Shown here piece by piece: positions 37,740 to 55,201 of a DNA stretch of 64,000 nt (positions within the stretch are counted from its first letter, which is position 1; the number at the start of each line of letters is the position of its first letter). The stretch is from contig OZ024742.1 of NCBI GenBank assembly GCA_964016885.1, positions 184,140,001 to 184,204,000 on the forward strand, written 5' to 3'. Both the position numbers and the translations under genes were made by a program. The notes beneath the pieces are model-generated. The model did not search any database and was not told the origin of the DNA. It saw only the letters and a program-made list of their open reading frames with translations. The DNA comes from Eledone cirrhosa (taxonomy: Eukaryota).

Positions 37740-40700
37740 AGTGCCTGGCTTGTGTGTCTGCCTCTACCATTGCTGTTGAACAACATCAACAAAAACCGAC
37801 GATCGTGTCTTCCTCTACCATTGTTCCTGAACAACGGCAAAAACCAATGACCGTAGCTTCCGATACTACTCCTGTTGAAGGACTTCATGAAGAAGATCAA
37901 CAACAACAAAAATCGACCGTCAATACAGAGTTTGTGGAAATACGGCAAATAATTTCCGCTTTAAGCCAAGAAATAGCAGGAATCAAATCAAGCATTCATG
38001 TAGAACCTCACAATGAGGGATCTTACTGGAGTGCCTTGTTAAAAAATCTCCACGTACCTCTTGCCGAATCTAGACGCATTGAGAATGCCACTGAATCTGT
38101 AAACCACGAAGTGATTGCCATTGGTGTACCAGAAGACATGGTTGATCTTCAGACATTTGCTGCCAGTTCATCCAAAGACTTGGGCTGTGCTCCCCCGAAA
38201 GGTGCTCTCCACCTTGGCCGACCAGGTCCGAAACCCAGGCTAATTAGACTGTCTTTTTCGAACTCAACTGAGGCACGTTCATATCTTTTAGCCTCTGATA
38301 AAGCTAGGTGTGAAAGCCAGATTGCCTTCCAAACACGCCCTGGTCTTCCACCTGATGTACGCACAACACTGCATGCTACAGCTTCCTTAAATTGCAATTC
38401 AGCACAACATGAAAGCTTCAGCTGATGTGATGATGGGCAGATATGGAAGTTTATTAAGGCTGGTGAAACATAGAAAAGAGATACCAGCTGGTCTGAAAAC
38501 ACTCTACCCACAACAACTGGCAATAAAAAAACTGAGAAAACTCTGGGAAACTAAATCAGAACAACCTGCCATCCCCTGCACATAATCATAGACTGAAATC
38601 AAGGTACAAATTGTTGTCCTTAAATGCATGTAGTCTATGCAATAAGATACATCTTTTTGACTCCTACGTCAAAAGTATCAACTCTGACTTCATTACAGTC
38701 ACGGAAACATGGGCACATTCCTTACACTGTGATGGGGTTTTCAGCATAACTGGCTACAACTTGTTTTGTAAAGACCGCATTAATCATTGTGGTGGTGGTG
38801 TAATGGTCTACATTCGTTCAAACTTTTCAGCAATTCCTTGTGTTGATTTGAACCAATCGCAGCAAGAAGTATTTTTCTGCGATATACGTATGACCATGTC
38901 AACACTGCTACTTGGGGTCATTTACTGTTCCCCCAAATTACCATCAGGACACTCAACTTTGTGATATCCTCAGAGCTGCTGCCAGGAAAACAGCCACTTA
39001 TGTCTTTATTGCAGGGGATTGACTGGGAAACCATTCATTGGCCGCAAAGTGCAACTGATTTCCTTGAGCTAGTGCTGGACTCGAACTGGTCCCAAGTAGT
39101 CACCTCCCCAACAAGAGGGAACAACACTTTGGATCTACTCTTCACCACTACTCCTGAAATGGTTATTAGTGTTACTTACTACTGAGAAACCTTTAGGTGA
39201 CTCTGATCATGCTATGATCATTGCCAATCTGTCCCTCATGGGCAGTAACAAAAACTACAGCCATCTCCAAACTGCTCACTTTGACTGGAACTGTTACTGC
39301 ACCGAGTTGCAATGTCCAAACTGGCTTGAATTTTACGACTCTGGAGATGTCAACACTGTACTCCAGAACATCCTGAACTCAATATGGACAGCATGTGCAG
39401 CATCGGTGCCACGTAAGCAGAAAAAACATCCCAAAAGTGCAATTTGGGAGACTGCAGCAGTCTGTCTTGCCAGGAAAGAACATCATAATGCTGAACGTGA
39501 GTACAAACTCCATAAATCAGATATCAATAGGAAAAAGCGAAATAAATCATCCAACCATCTCAAGCAGGTGAGAAAAAAGGCAGTGCTTGAGTTTGAACAG
39601 TGCATAGCAACCAAACCTGAAAGTAAGGTGTTCTGGAAGTACATACACTCAAAGCAGAGGCCTCACTCTCCAGTTGGTCCTCTTCGCAATCCCTACACAA
39701 GCCAGATTACTGACGACCCCAAGGAATGCGCAGAACTCATTGCTGAATGCTATGCAGGCATTTTCACTATTGAAGACCAGAGTGTACTATCTCCACCACC
39801 TCTGACATCGGATTCTATTACAACTATGGAATCTACACCTGCAATGCTGCAACATCACCTTAAAAATAAACGCAACCATGCCTCTCCTGGTCTTGATGGT
39901 GTTACGTACCTGCTTCTCAAACGTGGTGGGTACTTCCTTATGCACCAGCTATCATGTTTCTTTCAGTTCTATCTGAACAACGGTGCTACCCCAGAGCAGT
40001 GGAAAACTGCCAGTGTCATTCCTCTGTTCAAAAAGGGTAACCGCATATCACCTGTCAACTATCGTCCAGTCAGTCTTAATAGCTGCATTGCTAAACTGAT
40101 GGAATCCAGTGTTAGAGAAACACTTTGGAACTTCTGGAACTGTCACAGTCTTATCCGACCCTCGCAATTTGGATTTATCCCCAACTCCAGCTGCTGTGAT
40201 CAACTTATCGAGTTTCTTGAAGACATCACCCGGATCACTGATGGCGGCTCATGGGTGCTACACAAAAGACTTATGGCAAAACTCTCTGCAATGGGTGTGA
40301 AGGATGATCTGTTTAACTGGTTGAAGTCCTTCATTCTCAGTCGAAGAGTCACGGTTCTAGGACAGCATTCCTCATCTAATGAGATGTCATCTTGTGTACC
40401 ACAGGATCTGTACTTGGCCCCCTTTTATTTGTGGCATATATTAATGACATAGATGCCAACTTAAAGAATGCCACAGTACTGAAATATGCAGATGACATCA
40501 AGCTGTACCTTGAGATAAAAAGGACAGATCCTGAAAACTATAGATCTTTCCAGCTATCTGACCTGGACACAATGCAACAATGGATCACGGACTGGCAACT
40601 CAAGTTGGCTGTGGACAAGTGTACCATCATGCATTTTGGGAGTAAAAACTCAGCGTCCACATACTCCCTCCACAACTCTAATATCAAGAAGTCTTCTTGT

Positions 40701-41433
40701 GAAAGTGATCTGGGCATTACTGTCAGCAGCGATTTGCGTTGGATGAAGCACGTCTTTAAAATTGTCAAGAAGGCCGATGGTGTCTTAGCAAGACCTTTGT
40801 CAGCCGCTCTCCAGCTATCTATTTAAAGCTGTATATAGCTATGGTGCAGCCACACTTAGAATTTGCATCACCAGTCTGGAACCCCAATCTTGCTCAGAAC
40901 ATTGACTGCCTGGAAACTGTTCAGAGACGTGCAACCAAGCGAATACCCTCCACCAGGCATCTACCATACTCTGAACACCTTGCTTCCTTGGGCATGGATA
41001 CATTAAAGCTGTCTGGCAACTGACTTGGTAAACACCCACAAAATTACTAACCGTCTTGCCGTCAACAACCCTGAGCACCTTTTTGATTTCCATGTGTCTA
41101 ACACACGTGGGCATGCCTACAAAGTCAGAAAACAGCACAGCTCCCATGACTTTCAGAAACATTTTTTCTCGTTCAGAGTTGCTGAAGCATGGAACAAACT
41201 ACCTGCATCAGTTGTTAGTTGTCGAAACACTGCATCCTTTAAAACCTCCATACTTCCTGAGATTCGCCAAGGCTACACCTGATGTCCCCCTCCATACAAA
41301 CGCACACATGTATTTCATAACTCGTACACTGTTCATTTTCCTGACATTTGTACATTATTCTATGTACTATACATGCACCTTTGATGAGTTGTAGTGTACC
41401 TGAACACTGTACATAATAATTTCATTCATTTCA
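37740..41433 (+). mobile_element. CR1-clade LINE, near full length (ORF1 plus APE-RT ORF2), degenerate
   Basis: ORF1 IGVPED...LGRPGPKPRLIRLSF; LNACSL, VTETW, PTRGNNTLDL, SDH, NYRPVSL, QFGF, YADDIK, HLEFASPVWNP, TRGH...FFSFRVAEAWNKLP. Tail ataatttcattcatttcat. Confidence 0.92.
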
Positions 41434-41492
41434 TAAACTACAGTAACCCTTTCACAACCATACTTCTTATGAAATACAATTTATCTCAATTA

Positions 41493-41661
41493 CCATATTA
41501 CCCGGCATCGAAGATGCTACTTTTTTCCTAAAATAAGTCTCAAAAATCTACCATGCGTCCTGGAGGCTGAAGGTTGATTATTTTTTCCTTTTCAAATTTT
41601 TGGTTGTCAAAATTAGGGTGTGTCCTTGAGAATGAAGCGTCTTCAGTGCCGGAAAATACGG
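41493..41661. mobile_element. Tc1/mariner-superfamily (Tc2/pogo-like) MITE
   Basis: TIRs ta|ccatattacccggca ... tgccggaaaatacgg|ta. Confidence 0.75.
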
Positions 41662-41944
41662 TAATTAATGAAGAATGTTGAAGGGGTTTACTAAAATTAT
41701 TAATTATTTCACAGAAGACCTGCCATCCCATGTGCACAGGATGAAGCATACATCTTGTATGCACTACCTTCCCCTCTCCCTTCCATAGACCTCCATGTCC
41801 TAACACCCCTCCCTTCGTCTACGTCTCTCACCCTCATGCACCTCCCTTATACTAACACTCCACCCCTCACACACAACACTAGATCTATTTCCCCAATCCT
41901 CATACACCTCCCCAACACCCAAGCCTACACTATAAAGTGATCAT

Positions 41945-42475
41945 GATGGTAACACAAAAAAAAAGCACCCAGCCCACACTGTAGTGATCGTGTAGGTAAC
42001 ATGACAAAAAGCTCCCAGCCCACACTGTAAAGTGGTCATGTAGGTGTCATAACAAAAAGCGTCCAGTCCACACTCTAAAATGAGACAACAAAAAGTGCCC
42101 AGCCCACAATGTAGAGTGATTGTGTAGGTGCCACAACAAAAAGTGCCCAGCCCACAGTGTAAAATGATTGTGTAGGTGCCACAACAAAAAGTGCCCAGCC
42201 CACAATGTAAAATGATTGTGTACGTGACACAACAAAAAGCGCCCAGTCCACGCTGAAAAGTGGTTGTGTAGGTGACATGACAAAAGGCACCCAACACACA
42301 CTGTAAATGTGGTTGGTGTTAGGAAGAGCATCCAGCTGTAGAAACGAAGCCAAAACCAGTTCTGTATGAGCAAGACATCGTCATCTGACCTGGCTTATTT
42401 CACAACAGGACAACTTGTCTAACCCATGCTAGCATGGAAAAATGAACGTTAAACAGTGATGATGTTGATGATGAT
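41945..42475 (+). mobile_element. RTE-tail SINE with internal ~48-bp tandem array (~8 units)
   Basis: aaaaagYRcccagcccacaNtgtaaaRtgRttgtgtaggtg units, then ggttggtgttaggaagagcatccagctgtag and a (GAT)n tail. Related copies at 33478-33760, 42794-42990, 47390-47520, 63680-63900. Confidence 0.8.
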
Positions 42476-43499
42476 TACTATGATAGTAACTTAACAGATT
42501 GTTCTTATATAAATATATGTTGGAAGATTTTGATTTAAATAGGAATCCTTTAAAATGGGTGATTTATTTCATAGGACCTAGGCTGCCTTTAGCTGGGGTG
42601 ATATCAAAATTGTTAATTCCTGTAACCCCTAAATATTTCTTGCTCGAGTATAAATCTTAATAAAATTCTCCTACACTATCACTGATCTCTTCTTTATCAT
42701 TTCTCACTTGTCTATTATTAGACTTCAGAACAATAAATTGTGATATCTCTATAACAAGAGTTCTTTCTTATAGTTTCAGGTTAAGCAATGTTTTCATCAT
42801 CATCATTGTTTAATGTCCATTTTCCATGCTAGCATGGGTTTGACGGGTCATCCCATTTGAGATAAGTTGAGTTAGGTGACCACGTCTTACTCATCATATA
42901 GGACTGTTTCTGGCTAGGTTTCTACAGCTGGATGCCCTTCCTAACACCAACCACATTTACAGTGTGTGCTGGGTACTTTTTGTGAGTGGACTGCAGACGC
43001 CCTTTGTATGGATGTGTATGTGTTTTTACAATTCAACAAAATTTGATTGACTAAATCAATTTAAGATGGTAACCCATAATAGCTACAGTCAAATGAACAA
43101 AACTAATGTAAGTCTAAAGGAATAAAAGAATATAAAAAAAAAAAATCCACTTTCTTAAGGTTGTACCATAGAAAGGAGATATTTTGACATAACCATTGAT
43201 AAAGTGTTTGGAATATTGTGAAAACAAAGACAATGCAGTGAAAAAAATGTATAATCATTCTTGGAATATTGAAAAGAATCTTTACAAAAACTGCAACATT
43301 AAAAGACATATAGGTCCTTCAGTTATTGACATCATTAACATTGAATACTCTTTGGTCTCGACTAATCAAGAAAACCACACTGTTCATCAGCTAGCTTGGA
43401 CTTAACAATCTCCCTACACCCCTTTGCCAGACACTTAGCATAGATTTTACCGTGGAAGCTTAACAAGGAGATCCCTCTATAATTGAAGTAATCTCTCTT

Positions 43500-44230
43500 G
43501 TAGAATCAGTCGACTGGAATTTGCAGATAACATGGTATTACTTAACACTTGATAGGTTTGATGTTGAGTGCTGCATGGCTGGAATGAAAATCATTGCTGC
43601 AAAAACTGAGACACTCGTCCTCTCAAAGAAGCCTGGACAGTGCACTCTGCATGAGAATAGAGTTCCACTGAAGCAGGTGGAGAAGGTCAAGTATCTCGGA
43701 GCCATGTTCATGAGTGATGGAAGGCAGGGGATTAAATTAAGTACAAGAATTGCAGGAACTGATGCAGTCATGTGCCAGCTTCAGCATCTGGTAATCAGAA
43801 GGGAGGTAGGTGTAAAAGCCAAACTCACTATCTTCAATTCAGTACTCGTAACAACCACCCTTACATATGGTCACGAATGAATACGATCTCGAATACAGGT
43901 GACCAAAATGGAGTTCCTCCCAAGGGTCTTTGGGGTAATGTTTCTTGATAGTGTGTGTAACTCGGTCAGAGTCGTTCCAGGTAAATCCAGCACTTCTCCG
44001 AATTGAGATAGCACAACGCCAATACTATCGGCATATGGTTAGAATGGTTCAGGAAAGTATCGCTTGACATATTTTATGGACAAAATCAACTCGCAGGAGA
44101 CCCCAAGAAAGATGGCTGGATAACATCCATTAGCTCGGCTGGTCTCGCTTGAGGATCCAGCCGGATAAGCTGGAAACGGCTGCTTCTGACAGGGCCCGTT
44201 GGAAAGAGTGCTTTAAAATTCTGCCCCATG
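43500..44230 (+). mobile_element. RTE-clade RT C-terminal fragment (second family)
   Basis: FADNMVLL...GMKIIAAKTE...QVEKVKYLG...LTYGHE. Confidence 0.8.
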
Positions 44231-46299
44231 ACAAAAAGGAAAAGAAAGAAAAAAGAAAATTAATATCAAGGGAGACAACCTAGAAAAATTACCGATTCCC
44301 CCATCTATTATTTGAGACCTGTAAATAAATTGTCAAGCAAAAATTACTAAGGGGCATAACTTGTCAGCTAAAAATTACTAAGGGACATAACTTCTGAAAG
44401 TGCAAGATATATTTTCTTTTATAAAATGGATTTAAAAACAAAAAAATTCTCCACAAGTTCGTCTGTTGATCGAACAACTTAAACATTTATCTTGTAAACT
44501 GACTGAGGTCCATTGCACTAGATGTGGAATCTTAATGTTCATGAAGAACACAAACATAGATTTGATGGGGAAGAGATTAGTTGATTATATCGACTGAAAA
44601 TGTAAAAGGTTGTAATTAAATATCAAAATCATTTTGTCCAACCGCTACCGATTCTGCCAATTTACCGTCTGCACAACAAAATACAATTGAACTCCGAAAA
44701 AAACTGAGTATAACAGGAATCGGTTGTAATGTGTGAGAGACTAAACTGTTTGGCGATATGCCATAATGCAAAAAAAGTATCCACCAGTATAAGCACTATG
44801 ACACAAAGTAAACGTGGTGTGTATGACAATCAAAATTGGATACAAGAGGGTTGGAGAGAATTTTCCACTCTAGCCCGTGACAAACTCTCTAGTACTGGTG
44901 CTACAATAAAATGTATCCAGTACTTCCTGTAAAGTGTTATTGTTGGTACTACGGTAAAATCCACTCAATAGTAGAGCTGGTGTCACGAAAAGCACATTCA
45001 TGTTGGTGTCACGAAAAACGCACCCAGCAAATCCTCTAAGGTGGATGGCATGAGGAAAAGTATCCAGTCATAGAAACCAAGCTGAATATGGAACATAATA
45101 AGCAAGATTGGTTGCTCGGAACCGTTTCGTCTCTGACTTGACATGAACAACCAGTGCCAGTATTGAAAAGATATCATCATCGCCATCCCTGTTTTACGTC
45201 CATTCTTCCACGCTAACATAAGTACAAAAAGGGAGGCGACTACACTGTAAGGACATCATGTGTATGACAGGTAAGTAAAGAAGTGCAGGTGGAAGGACCC
45301 TGCAACTATAACAGAACTGCAAACAGATACAAATACCCCCACGTAAGCATGGAAATACAATAAAGTGACGTCTATATATTATTTAGATGCAAGCAAGAAT
45401 TTGTGGTTAAAGAAATTGCTTTGTAAATGAGGTTTGGAGTTTGATCCCATTACGCAGCACCTTGGTAGTGTCATCTAAACTATTTTGTCAGTAAAATTTG
45501 GTAGATATAAACCTCGCCACATTGTAGGCCCCCCTTCGGTGACAAATGACCATGGTTTTTCACGTAGTAAGTTCCCCTCCAAGGCACAAGCCTGGATAAG
45601 ATGTTTGTTGAAGACCAGCAGTCAGCCATGCATGCCATTCTCCCCTCCCCACACCACCAATGTTGTCCAAGGGAAAAGCAATGGCCGATACAGCTTGGCT
45701 CCAGTAATGTCACAACTTATTTCTACAGCTGATTGAACTGGAGCAACGTGAAATAAAGTGTTTTAATCAAGAACACAATGCACCACCCAGTCCGGGATTC
45801 GAACTCACAACCTTACGATTGTGAGAATGATGCTCTAACCACTAAGCCACATACACACAACCATTACCAGTATTGTATGAAACTAAAGTATTGTACAGAA
45901 TACCTAGGTATCTAATCTTAGTCATTGTATTAGGGCTTCCCAGACCTTGAGCTGTGTAAGTTTCAGCCAGCAGCAGTTGATCGGCTGTAGTTCAGGCACT
46001 TGTCCAGCTAATTCCTGCGTGTCTAAGATCTTCCTGGAATGTTGAACGCCAATATTCTTGGGCCAGCCCCTTCTCTGGCATCCATAACATTACAGTTCTT
46101 GCATGCTGAATAGTTAACAGGTATAATAAAATGTGCCCTGCCAAGTAAACCCATTGCAGTCCTAATGTTTTGTAACAGCTGGAACCTGCTTCTCAAATAA
46201 ATTTCAAGACAAGATATAAAATATTTGCACACATTTTTGAGGTATTTTGTAGATTACCAGTTTTAGGTACCATGTGGAATGATCAAACTTGTCACTAAT

Positions 46300-47140
46300 C
46301 AGTGCCTGCCAACATAACCTTAAACTACAAGCAATCAAAATGAAGAAAGTAGTAAGCAATAAGTTCCTTTCAGCTTGGTATGGTACTATAGTTTGGATTG
46401 CCATTCCTGGGCATAAGGTGTGTCAATGTTCAACCAGGATGAGTTAAACCAGCTACATCCAATGAATCCATAATATTGCAAACAGGCTGCCCATGTACAA
46501 CAATCAGATATCTAGCACAGAAATTATCAACTAATTACGAGTCCAACAGTGGTCACCATATATGCAAGGACCAGATATTGGCCAAAGATCTGGCTCGTTT
46601 GTACCAATCCACACTTCTGTCCAAATTACAACATTGCAAACAGAGGTCACCCATGCATGGCAACAGACATCCAATATGGATATTGTCAGCCAGTTATGAT
46701 TCCAGCAGCAGACACCATATATGTGAGGACCAGTTATTAGCTCAAGATCCAACTTCATCATGCCAGTCCATGTTTTCAATTATCCACCTCACCACCCTGG
46801 AAGGGACTCTGGCTGACTGCATAATGGAGGAGTTCACCTCATGGGCAGTGGACTATGCGACTAAACTAAGTGAAGCACTGAGTAGAAGTTGATGAATGGA
46901 ATCAAACCAGCAATGACAAGGAATTTTGGAGTTTGACACAAAATCAAATACATGAATATGGAAGATTTAGTGAAGGCAAAAGTGGACAAATACTTTGTAT
47001 AAATCCATCACTCTCACTGGCCATGATAAAGGTCAACGAGAACTTCAAAATATTTTGGTTGTCATAATGGATACCAAGAATGATTTTTATCAATTAGGTA
47101 TGACAGCAGTGGAGTTAAACCAACTTTATACCAACTAAGT
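46300..47140 (+). pseudogene. Decayed coding-like region with a ~159-bp internal duplication, origin unknown
   Basis: Two diverged units (~46472-46592 and ~46630-46750). One frame reads Q/P-rich peptide with stops that align to CGA/CAA/CAG in the sister unit. Confidence 0.35.
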
Positions 47141-47969
47141 CATTTGTGTGCGCGAGACACCTGTCTCTCTATATATATATATATATCTATATCCACACAA
47201 GGAGGCACATGGCTTAGTGGTTAGAGCATTGGCCTTGCAATCGAAAAGTTGTGAGTTCAATTCTCAGACCGGGTGATGTGTTGTTTCCTTGAGCAAGACA
47301 CTTTATTTCACATTGCTCCAGTTTACTCAGCTGTAGAAATGAGATGATAGGGACTGGGGTCCCTATCATTCCACTGCAAAGTGGTCGTGGAGGTGCCACG
47401 GCAAAAAAAAAAAAAAAAAAGCACCCAGCACTCACTGTAAATGAGGTTGGTGTTAGGAAGGGCATCCAGCTGTAGAAATCAAGCCAGAATCAGTTCCCAT
47501 CCCACCCTTGCAAGCAGGAAAAAAGTATAATGAAATGAAAAAAAAAAAAAAAAAAATATACACACATACAAATCTAATCGAGGTCTGCTGCAACATAATC
47601 TACAGGAACTGGGTAATGTATTTAGCATGTGTCTATCTAGTTTAGAATAGGTACACTATATCCCTGTATATCTTGTTTTAGATAGTATCTAAAATATATT
47701 GGGATTAAGAAATATTTTTCTTTCCACTTCTCTCCTTCCTTACCTAATTATGTTAATATTTACACCTGTCTGCATTGTAACAGCTTCCAAAATATACCTA
47801 CTTTTCATATTCCACAATACTTTAAATAAATAACACACATTGGTGCATCATCGTTTTTGTATCCATTTTTCCATGCTAACATGGATTTGGAATAAGTAAA
47901 TATCCCAACATGGTGGAAAGGATTGTCAGCACAGGCATCCAACTGTGAAACTTGCCTTAAAAAAAAAAA

Positions 47970-48003
<34 letters not shown>

Positions 48004-48528
48004 ACACCCATGACGAGTATGATGCCTGTCATAGGGCTTATGAGGCTAACTCCTGCTTTAGCAAGAACAGTAGCCATATGCATGATTGCTTGCAGGTTAA
48101 ACAAGAGTCAAACTAAATATATTCTTTGCATTAAAAAAAAAAAAAAAAAACTATGCCATTCAAAATGTTGCTAAGGCAATAAATAGAAAACTTAAATGAT
48201 GCAATGTTTATCAGAATATGTTTTATTTAGTTTAGGTTTCAATAGCAGTTAATAAAATGTTTTCATCCCTGTTGTCTAATATATTGGCTATTACACGGGT
48301 TTAGCTGTCACAGATTACAAGACATTAATAAAGTTTGCAGTAACCAACCTCACATTTACCAAGAAATATATAAATAAATAAATGGACATTCTATACACAG
48401 TATCTGTGTACAATCATTTTATATCCACTTTCTATGCTGGCATAAGTTTGGTGGGTTGTCACAGCTAGAGACTGGGTAGATTGGAGAATTCCATCTTGCT
48501 CATATGTTCCATTTACAAGTACAGCCTA

Positions 48529-52737
<4,209 letters not shown>

Positions 52738-53904
52738 CACACCATATTTAAAAAAAGAATTCTAAATTACCAAAATATATCCATTATTTTAATAAATAAA
52801 TTTTCAATCCACATGGCACTTTTAACATTGATAAGATAGATACTTCAACATTTAGCTGATTTTGTTTAAAACTAAATTCCTGTGTTGGGGGTTCCACTAA
52901 TACAAAATAACATTTAATAATAAAGTGTAGCTGAATTACAATTATTCAGGAACTTGCCTATGTGTCAAATATTTGTAGGAATTTAATAATATAACTTTGA
53001 TTAGTTAGCTGATATTTAGAACATTAAGAAAAATTGCTATAATATAATTATGATAAAAGGTTTTAAGATAAGGATAATATTTTTCAATGAGCAGTTTTAT
53101 ATCCTAAATTCAGACCAGTTTCAGGCAGTTTGGTATCAAAAGACTTAGCCTACTATGTCTTGCTACTGTTACAGTTAACACCTCTGTAGTTTTAGCCAGC
53201 CTCAAACCAGTTTGCATCATATAGGAGGTTTTTTGAGTAATACAATGATAGATTCCTTACTTGAAGTAAAAAAATATATATTCACAAATAACCTAAAACA
53301 AACTGTTGCCATATGATTTATTTAATTAGAGCTATTTCAATCACAGAATTATCAGAGTCATATTATATATATACATATATATGACTGAAAATGCTAATTC
53401 AAACATTAAAGTTTCATGTTTGTTCAGGTGACCATACTATGGATTCAGCACAATCTTGAAATTTAGCCACTGTCGTGGATGTCAAGAAGAGAAAAGAGTT
53501 ATAGATTTTATTTCTTAAATTTTTTACAGTATTGTTTTTATCAATCTTTCATAATTGACAGCATGCAATGAATATTTGGCTTCTTGTATAACCTTAACTG
53601 TCGACTGCAATGGAAATGAAAACATTCCATTTCATCCAGTATGTAATTGGAAACGTTAATAATTGTGACAGCCTCTGTTGGTCATATTCTCATTTGTTGA
53701 TGAAACAACAGTGAAATTGCTGTGGTTGAGTTGAGGAGCTGCAGCAGTTACCGACAATAGAACATGGCAAGACTGAGCAATTTACCAACAATGTTTATAA
53801 CAAATATCAAAGTTAATCCCCAGCTTCTAAGTGGAAGTTAGAAACAGCACAGAATATTGGATGGATTTTATGACAGAATGAGAAATTGTCAAAATTGTCA
53901 ATGT

Positions 53905-53936
53905 CTAGTAGACCTTATGAAAATAAGGAGTTAAAA
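53905..53936 (-). CDS. Putative terminal coding exon of an unidentified host gene: (I)LTPYFHKVY*
   Basis: Long poly-T tract then ttgcatttcag acceptor at 53937-53938. Phase 1 matches the upstream exon. TAG at 53905-53907. Minus-strand AATAAA downstream at ~53507-53512 and ~53317-53322. Confidence 0.6.
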
Positions 53937-54416
53937 CTGAAATGCAAAAAAAGTCACAAAAAAAAAAAAAAAAATAAAAAAAAAAAATAAAAACTTTTAT
54001 AAGTAAATGATTTTCTAAAGAGAAGGTAGAAAATATTGCCAACCTCTGAGGTACTATGAAACTGCTTAAAGTTATAAACAACCATGGACTAGTGAGCTGG
54101 ACACTAAGTTTATAAACTACCATTTATGAGGGTAAAATTGGTATTGAATATATTTAATGCAACCTTTATTGTAAAGTGGCTGTATTAAACACATAATATT
54201 GTTAACTATCAGCACCAAGAGAGACAGCCAAGGAAGATTCCATTTCTTCTCTTCAAAAATGGAAAGCAACTTTTAGATAAATTTGCAAATAATTTTCATC
54301 AGTGTAAAAAATACAGAAAAATATTATCACCCAGCAATTCAGTTGATCAATGTGTATACTAAACTTGCAGAAAAACAAATTAGGCATCTACTGGGGTTAT
54401 TCTAAGACATACTATC

Positions 54417-54458
54417 ATCATCATTTTTATGTCCGCTTTTCCCTGCTTGCAAGGGTGG
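54417..54458 (-). mobile_element. 42-bp 3'-tail-only RTE/SINE insertion
   Basis: 11-bp TSD gacatactatc (54406-54416, 54459-54469). Similar stubs at ~61594-61633 and ~60415-60452. Confidence 0.8.
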
Positions 54459-54541
54459 GACATACTATCTATATCTATATATAGATATATATAGATATAT
54501 ATAGATATATATTAGATATATATAGATATATATAGATATAT

Positions 54542-54572
<31 letters not shown>

Positions 54573-55020
54573 TATTAAAAAAAAAATTAAAAAAATACAA
54601 CAGATTCATATAAATTAATCTATATTTTTCAAATAGTTTAGAACCAGAAGGAAAAATAATGTAAAAATTTAAAAACTAATACCTCAAGTCTGGGATACTT
54701 ATAAAGTTATTTAATAACAATTGATGGGGGTGTATTTGTTTTTTTTATATATCCTATGACAAAGCAGGGAAATTGCTCAAAATTTTAAGGAAATAATGTA
54801 ACATTGTCTTAGTCACAATATGGAGCATTCAAATTAATAGAGATTGGGTCATTACATTTGAAGAGGGGAAAATATGTAATGAAGTGCATAGCAGTTCAAG
54901 TAGTTTGTTAGTTGATTTAATAGCTTTGGAGCAGTTTCAATATATATATGTAACTTATTCAAAGTAAGATTTGAATAGTTTATTTTTATTTCTTGACTTG
55001 AGTATAAATCATTCACATAC

Positions 55021-55201
55021 TGCCTGACTGATTTGGATTTAAATTCAAATCAAGTTTTCGTTGGATGTTATCAAAACTATCTTGCCCCATATAGTCAATC
55101 TCGCCATGCTCCCATGCCATACGTTTTTCAAATTCATCCATTACAGCTTTCTGTCCTTGGCTAGTTGAATCTAAGCCGATGATTGGACCAGTAAGAGGAA
55201 C
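55021..55201 (-). CDS. Internal coding exon of an unidentified host gene (60 codons + 1 nt): VPLTGPIIGLDSTSQGQKAVMDEFEKRMAWEHGEIDYMGQDSFDNIQRKLDLNLNPNQSG
   Basis: Acceptor catttctag, donor gtatgt, open frame, raised GC, protein-like composition, not a transposon motif. Confidence 0.85.

Noticed and set aside
37586-37740. N-terminal extension of the 279-aa ORF
   Set aside because: This part is the antisense of an old RTE remnant. Only the downstream part resembles CR1 ORF1.
41955-42320. ~48-bp periodic array resembling CRISPR
   Set aside because: Whole units are mutually similar with no unique spacers, it lies inside a SINE, the context is eukaryotic and there are no cas genes.
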